A stretch of 63,395 bases of DNA, filler included, from Octopus bimaculoides (GCF_001194135.2; 4 parts of 4 records of this genome joined end to end with filler, not necessarily neighbours in it); one strand, 5' to 3'. Shown: positions 1 through 14,082, counted from the first letter of the whole stretch. Notes: generated by a model not told the origin, from the letters alone. Numbers and translations: made by a program.

Positions 1-133
1 TATACATATATATATATAGCCTGTGTTTTCCAGATTGGAGGTGAACACCTTTCTCCATATGATTGGCTTGAAAACTTGTTAAGACAGTTGGATATTTTCC
101 TACTTTTCTTAACATGAAACAAATGGTAGCCTA

Positions 134-184
<51 letters not shown>

Positions 185-245
185 CAGAGAGAGAGAGAGT
201 AACTTCTATGCTGTAGTAGAGGCAACATGTTGTTTGTCGATCTCC

Positions 246-486
246 TTAAATTAATGTGCAAGTGCAAGTGGCTGAGCACTCCACAGACATGTGTACCCTT
301 ATCGTAATTCTCAGGGAGATTCAGTGTGACACAGAGTGTGACAGGGCTGACCATTTGAAATACAGGTACTACTCATTTTTCTCAGCTGAGTAGACTGAAG
401 CAACATGAAATAAAGTGTCTTGCTCAAGGACACAATGTGTCGCTGGAAATTGAACTCACGACCGTATAATTGTGAGCTGAATGCCC

Positions 487-489
<3 letters not shown>
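246..489 (-). mobile_element. tRNA-derived SINE (family D: CORE-like head plus shared 3' body)
   Basis: Reverse complement reads tRNA-like head, TTGTGTCCTTGAGCAAGACACTTTATTTC, then the body GTCACACTCTGTGTCACACTGAATCTCCCTGAG...GTGCTCAGCCACTTGCAC also seen at 10945, 37850 and 60166. Confidence 0.75.
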
Positions 490-540
<51 letters not shown>

Positions 541-1120
541 TGCATGCATATATGTACGTATGCATGTATGTACATGTGTGTGTGAGTGTGTGTGTGTGCA
601 TGAACATGTATATGTGAGTGTGCACAGGTGTTTTTATGTTTCTATCTTATTATTTTGACATCACATACTAATTGTAAAGCAATACAATCGCCATAGAACA
701 AATGGCATTGGTTTGGCTTGGAATATTTCCCTCAAAAGATAACCAGACTCAAGGAAAATATTACTTTGCTTGGAAAATCAGAATGTCTGGTGATAGGAAG
801 AGCATCAAGCCATAGAAAAATCTGTCTCAATAAATCCTTTCTAACCCATGCAGGCATGGAAATATAGACGTTAAAATGAAACAAAATGATGATGAGACAT
901 ATTTCTTACTGGAAAGTTTTATATGGAAGCAGAGAATCCTGTAAATCATATCCTACTTTATTCATGTTTTATTAAGCAACATTATTTTAATTTGGAAAGA
1001 ATATAAGAAAGGTAATTTTCACCATTTTTTTTCTTTTCCCCCTTTATTTCTGCTATTTTATTTTCTATATTGCAGTCATTTCCATAAATTTATTTATCAT
1101 TATCTACTTTGCTGTTCTAG

Positions 1121-1321
1121 TTGTTATTTTCCGAACATAATATGAGTTACGAGACTCTTGTCGCGGAATCAATTATGGAGCAAAATTTACCGCATTATCA
1201 TCATATCCAATTTGCTTCTGGCTCACTAAATATTTTAAATTTAACAGTATGTCGCCAAAACTATCTATTTTTTGCTGTTGTTTTTGTTATTATTTTTTTA
1301 TATGTTAAATGTCTCATTTAA
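1121..1321 (+). CDS. Candidate terminal exon of a gene starting upstream of the window; hydrophobic C-terminus (GPI signal or TM tail)
   Basis: Pyrimidine tract plus AG at 1119-1120; 66 open codons ending YLFFAVVFVIIFLYVKCLI*; AATAAA at 1400 and just downstream. No homology recognised. Confidence 0.35.
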   Translation: MLFSEHNMSYETLVAESIMEQNLPHYHHIQFASGSLNILNLTVCRQNYLFFAVVFVIIFLYVKCLI

Positions 1322-1780
1322 AAAAAATTTGAAAATTGTTCATTTTTTTTTTAATCTTTTTCTTGGCTATTTGTTCTTCAAATATAATTCTAAAATATAA
1401 ATAAATGAATAAGTAAATAAATAAATGAATATATAAAACTATGTAATCATCAAGTGAAAGCAAAAATAAGCAGCTTTTAAAATTTGGAAGATTTTTTGGG
1501 AAATGCTTGTTTTGCTAACTTTGGTAAAATGCCTTCAGTTTTCAAAATAAAAGAAAATCTACAGAATATTAGAGTTTTATCAGTTTTACACCCTGTTAAA
1601 TATTTAGTTTTTAATGAAAACCAACCAATTCTTGTTTGTTAAGTATTAGAAAACCATTTCAGTTATTTGTACCCGGAGCATTTTCTTTCAACACATCATC
1701 ATCATCATTAACATATTGTTTTATTGAAATATTCAGGGATTACTATATTGAATGCTGAAAGTTCTTCATATTATAGAAAT

Positions 1781-1980
1781 GGCAAAAGCAGCAAACTTGC
1801 AGAACCATTACCACACTGGAAAAAATTCTTTGCAGCATTTCTTCCAACTTTACGTTCTGAGTTCAGATTGAGTTGAGGGTCTACTTTTGCCTTTCATCCA
1901 TTTGGAGTCGATAATATGAGTACCAGTTATACATTGGGGTCAATGCAATTGACTTACTCTGTCCCCCAAAATTGCTGTGA
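1781..1980 (+). mobile_element. SINE family A, degenerate
   Basis: TTTACGTTCTGAGTTCA...TTTGCCTTTCATCC...GTCGATAATATGAGTACCAG...GGGGTCAATG matches the copy at 3628. Confidence 0.65.
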
Positions 1981-2180
1981 TTACGCATCAAGTGCTTTAC
2001 CCTTGAATTTAACATCTTATAAAGCAAGATTTATAAATCCTAAAATTGCAGAACAATTTGTTGCTGGGCAGTTTAGCTTAAAGGTAAAGCACTTGACGTA
2101 TAACTATTGGGATGTGAGTTTGAGTCTCATGGCTGGCCGGTAACAAATTTTTCTGCAATAGTTGGATAGTCTGTCTATAC

Positions 2181-2231
<51 letters not shown>

Positions 2232-2703
2232 TATATGTGAGTGTAGAGATGTGAGGTGGGGATGTATAATATACAGTCAGTGCTTGCGCATCTATGATTG
2301 AGATTTTGAATTAAATATGTCAAAAATTTGTCACTATATATTAAGATGTGTTTAAACATACTGTAGAACTTTCTGACACACTTCATGTACATGCATGCAC
2401 ACTCACACACACACACACACACATATATACATTTATAAGCTCACATATATGCTTGCATATATACATACATCTACAAATGCAACATATATTTATATAAGTA
2501 TATGTGTGCGTGTATGTATTTATGTATGTATGTATGTGTGTACAAATCTATAGATATTATGTATGTGTATATTTATTACATATACACACACATACATATC
2601 TAAATTCATATATACAAACATATATATAAATATGCACGTACATATATACATTCCTTAATATATCTATATTTACACTCATACTTATATATATATATATATA
2701 TAT

Positions 2704-2749
<46 letters not shown>

Positions 2750-2908
2750 TGATAGATAGATAGATAATGATATATATATATATGCACACATATATTTACA
2801 TACACATATGCATATATGTACATATATTTATGTATGTTAATATATATATATACATATATGTTTGTGTGTATATATACATAGATACATATATACATCCATA
2901 TATATATA

Positions 2909-2941
<33 letters not shown>

Positions 2942-3056
2942 GCATATATATATATNNNNNNNNNNNNNNNNNNNNNNNNNNNNNNNNNNNNNNNNNNNNN
3001 NNNNNNNNNNNNNNNNNNNNNNNNNNNNNNNNNNNNNNNAAGATAGATATCGATAT

Positions 3057-3104
<48 letters not shown>

Positions 3105-3536
3105 TTTGACATGCATATGTATTTTATGAGGTTCCTATGTGAAAGCAATTAATGATATTTTTAGTTCCTGCCAGAATTCTTATAAAACACAATCTAGAAT
3201 TCTGGCAGTAAAAAGAACTCTACCATTTCGAAACCTAACTCAATATGACATAAATTAAATAAAGTCCAATATATTTACCTTGTTAATTTATCTTCCATCA
3301 AATATGTCCACCGATTCCATCACCCCCACACACCACCACCACCACTACCACCACCGTCACCATTAACACTGCCACTCTCTCACCAGCGCCACCACCTCCA
3401 CTGTTTCTGTTGCAATAGTACTGAGCAACTACAACAGTAATAATTTCTATATTTAAACAGAAAGTATTGAGCCTGTTGTCATCACATCTCGTCTCATTTA
3501 TTCCTTGCTTTTCTGTTTCATTTCGTTCATGTTGCA

Positions 3537-3614
<78 letters not shown>

Positions 3615-3627
3615 GCTATTAAGATGT

Positions 3628-3834
3628 CAAGCTGGCAGAATCGTTAGCACACCGGGCAAAATGCTTAGCGATATTTCACCTGTCTTTACATTCTGAGTTC
3701 AAATTCCGCCAAGGTTGACTTTACCTTTCATCCTTTCAGGGTCGATAAATTAAGTACCAGTGAAATACTGGGGTCGATATCATCGTCTAGTCCCCTCACC
3801 CAAAATTTCAGGCCTTGTGCCTATAACAGAAAGG

Positions 3835-3880
<46 letters not shown>
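3628..3880 (+). mobile_element. SINE family A, near full length with (ATT)n tail
   Basis: GCTGGCAGAATCGTTAGC head, GAGTTCAAATTCC B-box-like motif, CCTTTCATCCTTTCAGGGTCGATAAATTAAGTACCAG body, (ATT)n tail. Confidence 0.85.
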
Positions 3881-4240
3881 GCCCAGGTTTTGTTGGACCT
3901 CCTGGAGTTTTGCATGCATAGTGAGCTTGCTACCTGCAGCCAATAGTACCGTCCTATGGGGTCTATTCATAGCAGGCATGTCCCCACACAGCAAGTTGGG
4001 TGGTGAAGAAGGGAAGCAGTGACAATTCATGAGAGTGGAACCAGGAGGGGGAAAAGAACGTGTGAGGGTGGGTGGAGTTTGCTCTTAAGTAGCTTCTAAA
4101 TATTCGTGATAGTCATAAAATGTCTGAGAAAAGATAAGTCAAAAATAGATCTAGACCTCTTAAGGATGAAAGGATGGTGCAGAAACAAACAAAATAAATA
4201 GACAAATAATTATACACACACACACATATATGTATATGTG

Positions 4241-4307
<67 letters not shown>

Positions 4308-4622
4308 ATACACAGATGTATGTATATTTTTGTTTCTACACAATTGGCACATAACCTTATCATCAGAAGGTTTCAATGGTGCGTAACCTTATCAGAAACT
4401 TTCATTTGATGCTTAGTTTTATACATTTATTTCTCGTTTTATTACACCAATGATAGTAAAGAGTGATCTTTTGTCTAAGTTTAAGAAACTGTTTATACTT
4501 CTACTTATGTAGATATATACACACACATACATATACATACATAGCATTTATATCTGCATGTATATATATGTATATGCATATATATATGCATATATGGATA
4601 ACTATACCATTTATTTCTTCAT

Positions 4623-4670
<48 letters not shown>

Positions 4671-5604
4671 ATGTATATATGCTTATATATTTACACACAC
4701 TCACACATACATATATACATATATAAAACAAAGGAAAATGAACGATTTGTGAAGGAAAACAAAAAAACCTAGAGATAAAGTTAATTGTTTGATATCCAAG
4801 AGAAGACAGAAGTAAACTGTTTTCTCCTTATTCTTCCAAATGTCACAAATATTTCTATTTTATAGAATATTAACTTTTCACTGATTACTTTCAAAACTCA
4901 CAAAAAGAATACATTTCTTTCTTTTTCTGTTTTTGGTTTGTTCTTTTCATTCTTTTTTTTTTCTTGGTCTGGTGCAAAATTATTGAAATAAAAATAACAG
5001 GAAAAAATATAAAAAAACAAAACAAAGTAAACAGCTTCAGTTTCGAGAATATTATAATGCTGAGAATGTTCTTCATAAATTCGAGAAAGTTAAATATCGT
5101 CAAACAGTCAGACATTTAAAAAATTATCATTTTCTTCTTCTTTTACAATTTCAATCAGGGTGGCCTATTCTCCCCAACCCATTCAAAGCAGAAAAAGAAA
5201 ATGGATCTTTGGTAGAGAATTACCAGTTTTTATAAATCATTCTTCTTTCTTTTTGTTCCATCACTTGTATGTACCTCATATATACCTCCTGATGTATCTG
5301 TCTATAAACCCATGACTCATATACATAAATCATATTTATGGCTAATATACATGTGTATATAGATAAATATATTATATTTTTTTTTATATATATATACAAG
5401 TTTGGCCAAAAGTCACCCGACAGTAAATCAAAATTCCATAAATACTTAATATTCAGTTTCATTTAATTGAATTCAATTTTATTTAATTGAAAGCTGTGAG
5501 TTAAAATCACCGCTTTTTGTTTATCTATCATTTGTTTATTTATTAGCGAAGTTTCATATAAAATAACTTATTGTTTTCATCAATGATGATGATGATGATG
5601 ATTC

Positions 5605-6050
5605 TTCATCATCATTATCATCATCGTCGTTTAACTCCGCTTTCCATGCTAGCATGGGTTGGACGATTTGACTGAGGACTGGCGAACCAGATGGCTGCAC
5701 CAGGCTCCAATCTGATTTGGCAGAGTTTCTACAGCTACATGCCCTTCCTAACAGCACGAAGGGGGATACTGGCAACGGCCACGCTCGAAATGGTATATTT
5801 TACGTGCCACCTGCACAGGAGCCAGTCCAGCGGTACTGACAAATTGGCATTGGTGCTTTTTGCACAGCACCTGTACAAGTGAGGTCACTAAATAACTTGC
5901 AAGACAAGGACCTCTTGGCTGGGAGATGAAGTGGAACCAAAGAAAGTGGCAGTGGGGCCAGGTGAGGGGTTAGAGTAAAGTAGAGGGACAGAGATTGGAG
6001 TCTTACTAAAGTGGAAATATGTGGCCACCCCTGCAGAAAAAAAAGGAGAG
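5605..6050 (-). mobile_element. RTE-tail repeat (family F) ending in (GAT)n
   Basis: Minus strand ends ...CCAACCCATGCTAGCATGGAAAGCGGAGTTAAACGACGATGATG; the same module recurs at 18896, 24218, 38939 and 39655. Confidence 0.75.
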
Positions 6051-6059
6051 GAAAGAGAA

Positions 6060-6412
6060 GGCCAACAATTTTTGGGGGTGGAGGGGGCAATTGATAACCA
6101 CAACCCCCATATTTCACTGGTACTTTATTTCATTGGCCCCTGAGGGATGAAATTTAACTTGCTGGTACTTGAGCACAAAATATAAAGAACTTGAAGAATG
6201 CTGCCAAACCTTTTGTCCGATACGTTAACAATTCCACCAGCTCAATACCTTAATATTTTTTTCTACTCTTGGCATAAGCCCTGGAATTTTGGGGGAGGGG
6301 CTAGTCAATTAGATCGACCCCAGTACACAACTGGTACTTAATTTATCGACCCTGAAAGGATGAAGGGCAAAGTTGACCTCAGCGGAATTTGAATTCAGAA
6401 CATAAAGACTGA
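6060..6412 (-). mobile_element. Two adjacent SINE family A copies (6060-6243 degenerate; 6258-6412 5'-truncated)
   Basis: Reverse complement of CTGGTACTTAATTTATCGACCCTGAAAGGATGAAGGGCAAAGTTGACC matches the family A body. Confidence 0.75.
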
Positions 6413-6904
6413 CAATCATTACCTTAATATTAAACAAAAAATAAAAAGACACTTTTTTTTTATTTTGCTACCATTAAAATGTAAGGCATAATTCATGTTT
6501 CTAACTTATAATTCGTTTTTATTTCTTTTTAATTTGATTTAATTTACAAAATGAGATTAAAAAGTAATTTAAGAAGCAAAACAAAGAAAGCTAAATTAAA
6601 GCAAACTGAAGCAACAGGAAAAAAAAAAATAAGTGAGAATTATAATAAGATGAAGAGCAGTAATATGTTTGAGTCAGAAAAAGAAAAATTATATTCTTGT
6701 AATAAATAATAGAAATACAGTAATTAGCTATGGTGTAAATGCTCTGAGGATAATTAAAAGAAAGTGAAAATGTTTGCCATCATAGAACTTAAGCGATTTA
6801 AGCGGTTGTTCTTAGACAAAAAGAATTGGTGTTCTCTTTTTGCTATTATGTACGTAATTAAAAGGAGCAAGAGGAAATAAACAAAAACCGAAAATACTAA
6901 TGAT

Positions 6905-6907
6905 ATC

Positions 6908-6982
<75 letters not shown>

Positions 6983-7180
6983 GATAATGATAATAAGAAT
7001 AATAACAATTTTAATATTGCTGCTAGTAACAATAATAATGATAATAACAATGATAATAATCATAATAAATAATAACAACAACAATTTTGATATTACTGAT
7101 AATAACAATGGTAATAATAATAATAATGATAATAATAATGATGATGATGATGACGATGATAATAATGATGATGGTGATGA
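6905..7180. repeat. Compound (AAT)n/(GAT)n trinucleotide microsatellite
   Basis: Direct inspection; produces the poly-I/poly-L/poly-N ORFs. Confidence 0.95.
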
Positions 7181-7693
7181 TGAGGGAAGAAATTAAAAGA
7201 TATATATGAATGGATATAATGCCAATAAATTAAATACAAATATTTTAGAATGTATAGTTTTGTAAGATGAAAATAAATGTCTTTGTGGAAAATATTGACA
7301 AAATGTGAAAAAAAAAAAAAAATTAAATGGAATAAAAACAAAAATGAAATGAATACTGCAAAATTTTAAAGAAATAATTCTAAAGAAATGGAGATTAAAG
7401 TAAAATGAATTAAGACAATAGCAGAACAATTGAAACAAAAGATTCGACATACTGAACAAAGAAGATGATGTATGTATGGGTGTGTATATGCATGTGTGTG
7501 TATGTGTTTGTGAGTGTGAGCATGTATATGTGTGTATAAGTATATAATTATATCTATGTATACACCCACACATATGTATAGCTATATATATGTATATATG
7601 TATGTATGTATATATACATGTATAACTATATATATGTATATATGTATGTATGTATATATACATGTATATATATATATATAAATATATATATAC

Positions 7694-7741
<48 letters not shown>

Positions 7742-7812
7742 ATATACATACATATACATACATATATATATTTAGATACATCTTTAGAAACATATATACC
7801 TCTATATACATA

Positions 7813-7895
<83 letters not shown>

Positions 7896-8639
7896 ATATA
7901 CACACACACACATATACATATATATATAATTCTGGGTTTTATGCTCTGAATGTGTTTCGCAACACAGAAGCTACAATGAAAATTATGATATCTACAGAAA
8001 CAAATATTCTGCTAGAAGTGAAACAGAACTGCAGAAGATGAGGATAACTGAATACTGCAACGTAAGGTGCAGAGGTAGTCATCCCAGAATATCATCACAA
8101 ACACCACCACGATCGTCAACATCATCACCACCATCATCACTATCATAATTACCATCATAATTTCCATCACTGTCATTATCAATATGATTGCCTCTATTAA
8201 AATTATCATCATCATCACCATCATTGCCATTATTACCATCATCATAGTCATCATCCTCATCGTCGCCGTCATCATCATTGTCGTAATTGTCGTCATCGTC
8301 GTCATCATCATCAGTTCACATTTGTTCCTTTCCCTCCTCGCAAGGTCTTCTTGTATTGCTATGGCCCATATCAATTCTTCTTCTGACTGACAGCCTTGCA
8401 AGAAAGGGTCATTTGCCTCTCATGTATTATCTTTCTGTTTGGTAAGGATTCTACGACAGATGTCTTTGCCATCGTCAGCCACCTCACAGGGCATATTAAG
8501 GAGATTTTCATTGCAGCACCCACGCTAAAGAAGTTACTTTGACCCCCAGTAAGACTAAAGAGCTCCCTCTACCCTACCTTGATTCAGTTCATTTGTCCCC
8601 TGGTATTAGAGAAGTTGTGTGCTCCACCTACATCATAAA

Positions 8640-8680
<41 letters not shown>

Positions 8681-10944
8681 AAAACAGGGGAAGATCAGGA
8701 TGATGATGATGATGACGACTACATGAGCATGATGATGACGACTACATGAGCATGATGATGACAATGACAAACAACAGGATGATGATGGTGGTGGTGGTGG
8801 TGGTGGTGGTGATGGTGGTGGTGGTGGTGGTGGTGGCAGTGATGGTAGTGGTGGTGATGTTGATGATGATGTCAGTGATGACGAATGTGGTTGGGATGAT
8901 GACAAGGCGAGGACAATGACAATGTATGCTGGTTAAGAAGGGAGAAGAGAGAGAGATGAGAAAATGTTCAAACCTTTTTTTTTTGTTATCAACACAAGTG
9001 CAAGTGAAACAGAGAAATTGCTGCACCTGCAATTAGAATCTGCGTTGCTGGCTTCAGTTAATGCCACAACACACCACAGCAATGGCTATTCGAATAAGGC
9101 ACCCATTTTAAAATAGATAACTGATATAATAAATACCGCAAGACAATTATTGTAACGAGAAACATCTTGAAGTTATGGACTTAAACTAGTGGATTCGGTA
9201 GCGAGATAATCTGGAACTTTCCAGTCTCAAGAGAATGCTCATTCCTTTGCAACGAATAACAATTCATTCTCGGTTATTGGTCTTTAGTAAAGTGTAACAG
9301 ACTTCAGAAAAACATAGACAAGTATGGAATTTGGCCATTAATCATAACTATATCTATTTCCTATTAGTGGCTAAATTTCTTGGAAGAAGTTCAAAAGTTT
9401 TGAAAGATTTGTAGAAAACAATTGCAAACATTGTGATTCTTTTGTAGGCGAAACAGTCAGCCATTGCTTGCATTGTGTCTGCGTGTCCCTTGGGGGTGAT
9501 TCCGGTCAAAATCACTTGTGCATATAGATGAAAATGACTTGCTGTTTGTGTCTAGAAAGTACCGTTTACCAACAGTATCTTTCACAATGACGACGACGAT
9601 GATGATGATAACGATGTTGATGATGTTGATGATGATGATGAAAATAATAATGATAATAGTAGTGTATGTTTCTAGAGCGACGCCTACTTTTAGAAGGTTC
9701 AGCAATTTATTAAGGTAAAATTATTGCAGGAACCAATTTTATAGAGATTCTTCCTTCATAAATCCTTCGCATTGATACGTTTCTTCTCTCCTAAACATGG
9801 CCTTTAAGAAAATAAAGCAAATAAAATATATTTATGTTACGACATACAGAGAACCGGGTTAGATTAATGAAGTTGAAATATATTACTAAAGGGAAGATGA
9901 ACCACAGCAATTGAAGAAAGAAAGAATTGGCCTCGTTCAAATTCCAAATAGAACAACTTTATTTTCCACTCTTCTGCAAACGGTAAAAATAAGCATCAAT
10001 TGATAATCGAAGATTCTTATTAGCATTTTAACAGTTTTCTATCAGGAATGTGTTACACCTTTATTAAGTTCTCTAAGAGTTTCTTGCAGTTCATAGAATG
10101 CTAAAAGCAAGAATTACAGGAACTAAAAGTAAAGACGCTTTTATCAATATATCAGAAAGTTGGAAACCAAGGAAACCGTCATGTTCAGTTCAAACAGGTT
10201 AAAGATTAGTTACAAAAGCCACCCCTGTTCTGATTTTTATCTTACATACAGAAGTAGTTAAGTTCACCATTGTCATTTAACAGAAAAACTAGTTATATTC
10301 ATAGTGCTCCCACTGCAGTTTACATCACTGAATCATTGAAAATGAGATAGCTGTTGATTGGGAAGTGCTGGTATGAGCTAAAAAAACATAGGCACCAAAC
10401 TTCCAACTGCCTTTTTGTTAAACTATCAGTTCTGCTAATGAGGATACACACACATATAGATGTGTGTGTACATGTGTGTGCTACATGAAGAAGACAATGA
10501 AACAGCTGTTAGCCTAAGGATGACAAGTAGCTAAATGAATATAGTCACTTCTCATACTTCTCACACACACACAAGGAAACACTGGTTCCTGCAAATACCG
10601 TGTACGGCAAAAATCACTGTATCATTCCAATATATAAGATATATGAATACATTTATAGATACATCAATAAAAATGCAAATACAAATAAATACAAATAAAA
10701 ACACATAAAAAAACATAGAAAGTCAACAATTGCTGTCTAAAGTTTAAAAAACATAAATTTTATAATTTTCTGAAATATGGGTTGGGGAAAGAACATTTAA
10801 AAAAGATGAATGTAAATAAAGAAATGGCTTGGACAGAATTTTATGTGTTTATTGGCTTCGATCAGTTTATGAAAGAATAATTCTAAAGTTTTTATTATTT
10901 TGCATATGAACTCATGCACAAACAGACAAACATAAATATAAATG

Positions 10945-11395
10945 TGTGAAGGTGTATGGTTTAATGGTTAGGGCATTTATCTCACAGGTGTAAGATCATG
11001 AGTTCAATTCTTAGTGGCATGTTGTGTCCTTGAGCAAGTTTCTTTACTTCCCGTTAATCCAGTTCATTTATCTGCCAAAAGTGAGTTGCACCTGTAATTC
11101 AAAGACCCTGTGCTGTCGCTTTTGGCAATCATGCTGAACCTTCCTGAGAAGAATATTGAGGGTATATGTGTCTGTGGAGTGCTCAACCACTTGCATGTTA
11201 ATTTCGTGAGCAGGCTGTTCCATGGATCAGAGTCAACTGGAGTGTATTTGTGTGTTTGTGTTTGTCCCCCTATCATCTCTTGACAACCAATGTTGGTGTG
11301 TTTATGTCCTGGGGTTGATTTGTTCAACTAAAGGCAGTGCTCCAGCATGGTTGCAGTCAAATGACTGAAACAAGTAAAAGAAAAGAATAAAAGAA
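10945..11395 (+). mobile_element. Chimeric SINE: family D head and body joined to a family B 3' tail
   Basis: 10945-11240 has the D head and shared body; 11255-11395 matches the family B end (CTTGACAACCAATGTTGGTG...GCTCCAGCATGG...GACTGAAACAAGTAAAAG). Confidence 0.7.
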
Positions 11396-11401
11396 TATAT
11401 A

Positions 11402-11432
<31 letters not shown>

Positions 11433-12605
11433 ATAAATATATATATGTATGCATCTATATATGTATGCATCTATATATATGTATATATAATATATGTATG
11501 TATCTATATATGTGCATATATATGTGTGTGTGTGTGTGTGTGTATGCGTATATATACATGTATGTATGTACATGTGACTATATCAAGACCAGTGAGGTTT
11601 AAATCTGTTCTATTTGTGCTTCTTATGACAATCTACTTTAAAGAAAATAATTCTATTTCTTTCAAACCATGACAAACACCATTTTCCAAAATAAGAATTT
11701 ACTAAAATCTTTAAAAAAACAAAAAGAAACGAAAGATAAAAAAAAACATTCAAAAGACCAAACCATTTGATATTAAGCAAGGTTAAATCATTTGAACTTA
11801 TTTTATTGCTCGTACAGCAAGATATTGCACTGGTGGAATGGTTTAAATCAGTGATGGTTAGAGTGAGATAATGTTCCGGTAAGGTTAATTACTAGTCGAT
11901 TTAAGTGCACTAAACAACATAGTCGTATTATGAAATTGTCCAACCGGTTCAGTAAAATCATAAATTTTTGCATAGAACCCACATACAAAGGTGTATATGC
12001 AGGCTCACTTGCATAGACATGTTTAGACATATATGCGCATACATATGCATAGACATGAGGGGAAAAAACACAAATATATATATATATATATATAAGAATA
12101 CACGTGCAGAAATAAATGCATATATGGCTATGTGCTTTGCATGCATACACACACACAAATAGACACGTACGCATACATGTAGATATGCAGGCACAGGTAC
12201 ATATACATGCATATATTTATATGTATATGTATATACACACATATGCACATACATATATATGAATAAAGATACCCCCAGACAAATATAAGTACATATATAG
12301 AAACACACAAACATGAACATATATGTATGTATATGTATGTATCTATACACACATATACATACACTCACACACAAATGCACACACTCACATGAGCACACAC
12401 ACATATATAAACTCAATGTAGAGAATTGATACATCATTAAATCTAACTAGATACCTCTTTGAAAAGATTTTTTCCTCTGGCAGAAACCAGAGCATCTTAC
12501 CTGCCAATGGTGTACATACATTAAGTATTGAAGGAAAACAGACATTAAACAATGATATAAGCATATTAACAAATCGTTTTGCCAGAAACAAAATACAAGG
12601 AAATA

Positions 12606-12922
12606 GTAGTTAGGGCGTCAAACTTATGACCGTGAGGTTGTGAGTTCGATTTCCGGACTGGGCTGCGTGTTGTGTTCTTGAGCAAGACACTTTATTTCCC
12701 GTTGCACCCATTCACTCAGCTGTAAAAATGAGTTGTGACATCACTGGTGCCAAGCTGTATCAGCCTTTGGCTTTCCCTTGGATAACATCGGTGGCTTGGA
12801 GAAGGGAGGCCGGTATGGACAGGCGACTGCTGGCCTTCCACAAACAACCTTGCCCGTACTTGTGCCTTGGAGGGTAACTTTCTAGGTGCAATCTCATGTC
12901 ATTTGTGACCAAAGAAGGTCTC
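12606..12922 (+). mobile_element. tRNA-derived SINE with CORE-like domain (family E)
   Basis: GTAGTTAGGGCGTC...GTGAGTTCGATTTCC head, TTCTTGAGCAAGACACTTTATT...CAGCTGTAAAAATGAG, and a distinct 3' body. Confidence 0.7.
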
Positions 12923-13203
12923 CGCACATATATATATATATATATATATANNNNNNNNNNNNNNNNNNNNNNNNNNNNNNNNNNNNNNNNNNNNNNNNNN
13001 NNNNNNNNNNNNNNNNNNNNNNNNNNNNNNNNNNNNNNNAGAGAGAGAGAGAGACAGACAGACAGAGACAGAGAGAGTGCAAGAGGGAGAGAGGGAGAGA
13101 GAGACCTACCGTAATTATCTTTATCGAGATACTGTATTGGTCTATAACTTAAACTGTGCTTCTCTTTTGGATTTATGATTTACTGATGAAGTGTATATGT
13201 GGA

Positions 13204-13375
13204 GGTACAGGAGTGGCTGTGTGGTAAGAAGCGTGCTTACCAGCCACATGGTTTCAGGTTCAGTCCCACTGCGTGGCACCTTGGGCAAGTGTCTCTACTA
13301 TAGCCTCAGGTCGACCAAAGCCTTGTGAGTGGATTTGGTTGACGGAAACTGAAAGAAGCTCATCGTATATATATA
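13204..13375 (+). mobile_element. SINE family B, 5' half
   Basis: GGAGTGGCTGTGTGGTAAGAAG...GGTTCAGTCCCACTGCGTGGCACCTTGGGCAAGTG...CCTTGTGAGTGGATTTGG...GAAACTGAAAGAAGC. Confidence 0.85.
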
Positions 13376-13441
13376 AATGACAATGACAATGAGAAGTGGT
13401 GATCATAATGATGATGATGATGATAACGATGGTAATCAGGG

Positions 13442-13482
<41 letters not shown>

Positions 13483-14034
13483 GCAGTTGTGGTGGTGGTG
13501 GTGGTGGTGGTGCTGAATGTGAAGTATTGAACCCATCTTTTATATTCCTATTCCTCATCATTAAAAATATATAACCACCATCACCACCACTACAACTACC
13601 ACCACTACAACCACCACTACCACAACCACCACCGCCACTACAACCATCACTACCAACCCCATTTTGTCTTAGGTGCAACGACCTCTTCACTCTGCTAAAA
13701 ACACAGCCGTCAAATCACACAAACCAATATGTTAAGCAAACACCATATAAGGGGAGAATTGTTATGTAAAAGGAGCAAAAAGGAGAGAACGAAAAAGGGA
13801 GGCGGTAGGGGGGGGGGGGGTGAGGAAGAAGGAAAAAAAATGTACTGATTTGCCTATTTTGTAAACTCTATTTTGTGGTTTATATCCTATTATGTATTTT
13901 GGAGAAATATAACTAATATATACAAATATTGACTGAAGATTAATTTTTGACAAGTGATAAATTAAGGAATATGAACATCATGACAACACTTGCAGTGGTG
14001 CAATCAATCAAATACACTGCTGCTGCCGCGGCTG

Positions 14035-14082
<48 letters not shown>

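Noticed and set aside
5041-5235. Open plus frame FREYYNAENVLHKFEKVKYRQTVRHLKNYH...
   Set aside because: No pyrimidine tract before the AG and no good donor; consistent with chance in AT-rich DNA
9350-9560. Open minus frame ...MQAMADCFAYKRITMFAIVFYKSFKTFELLPRNLATNRK
   Set aside because: No homology recognised and ambiguous splice signals
12500-12563. Possible signal-peptide exon on the minus strand (MLISLFNVCFPSILNVCTPLA|gtaaga)
   Set aside because: The donor is strong but the peptide is only weakly hydrophobic, and it lies immediately beside a SINE
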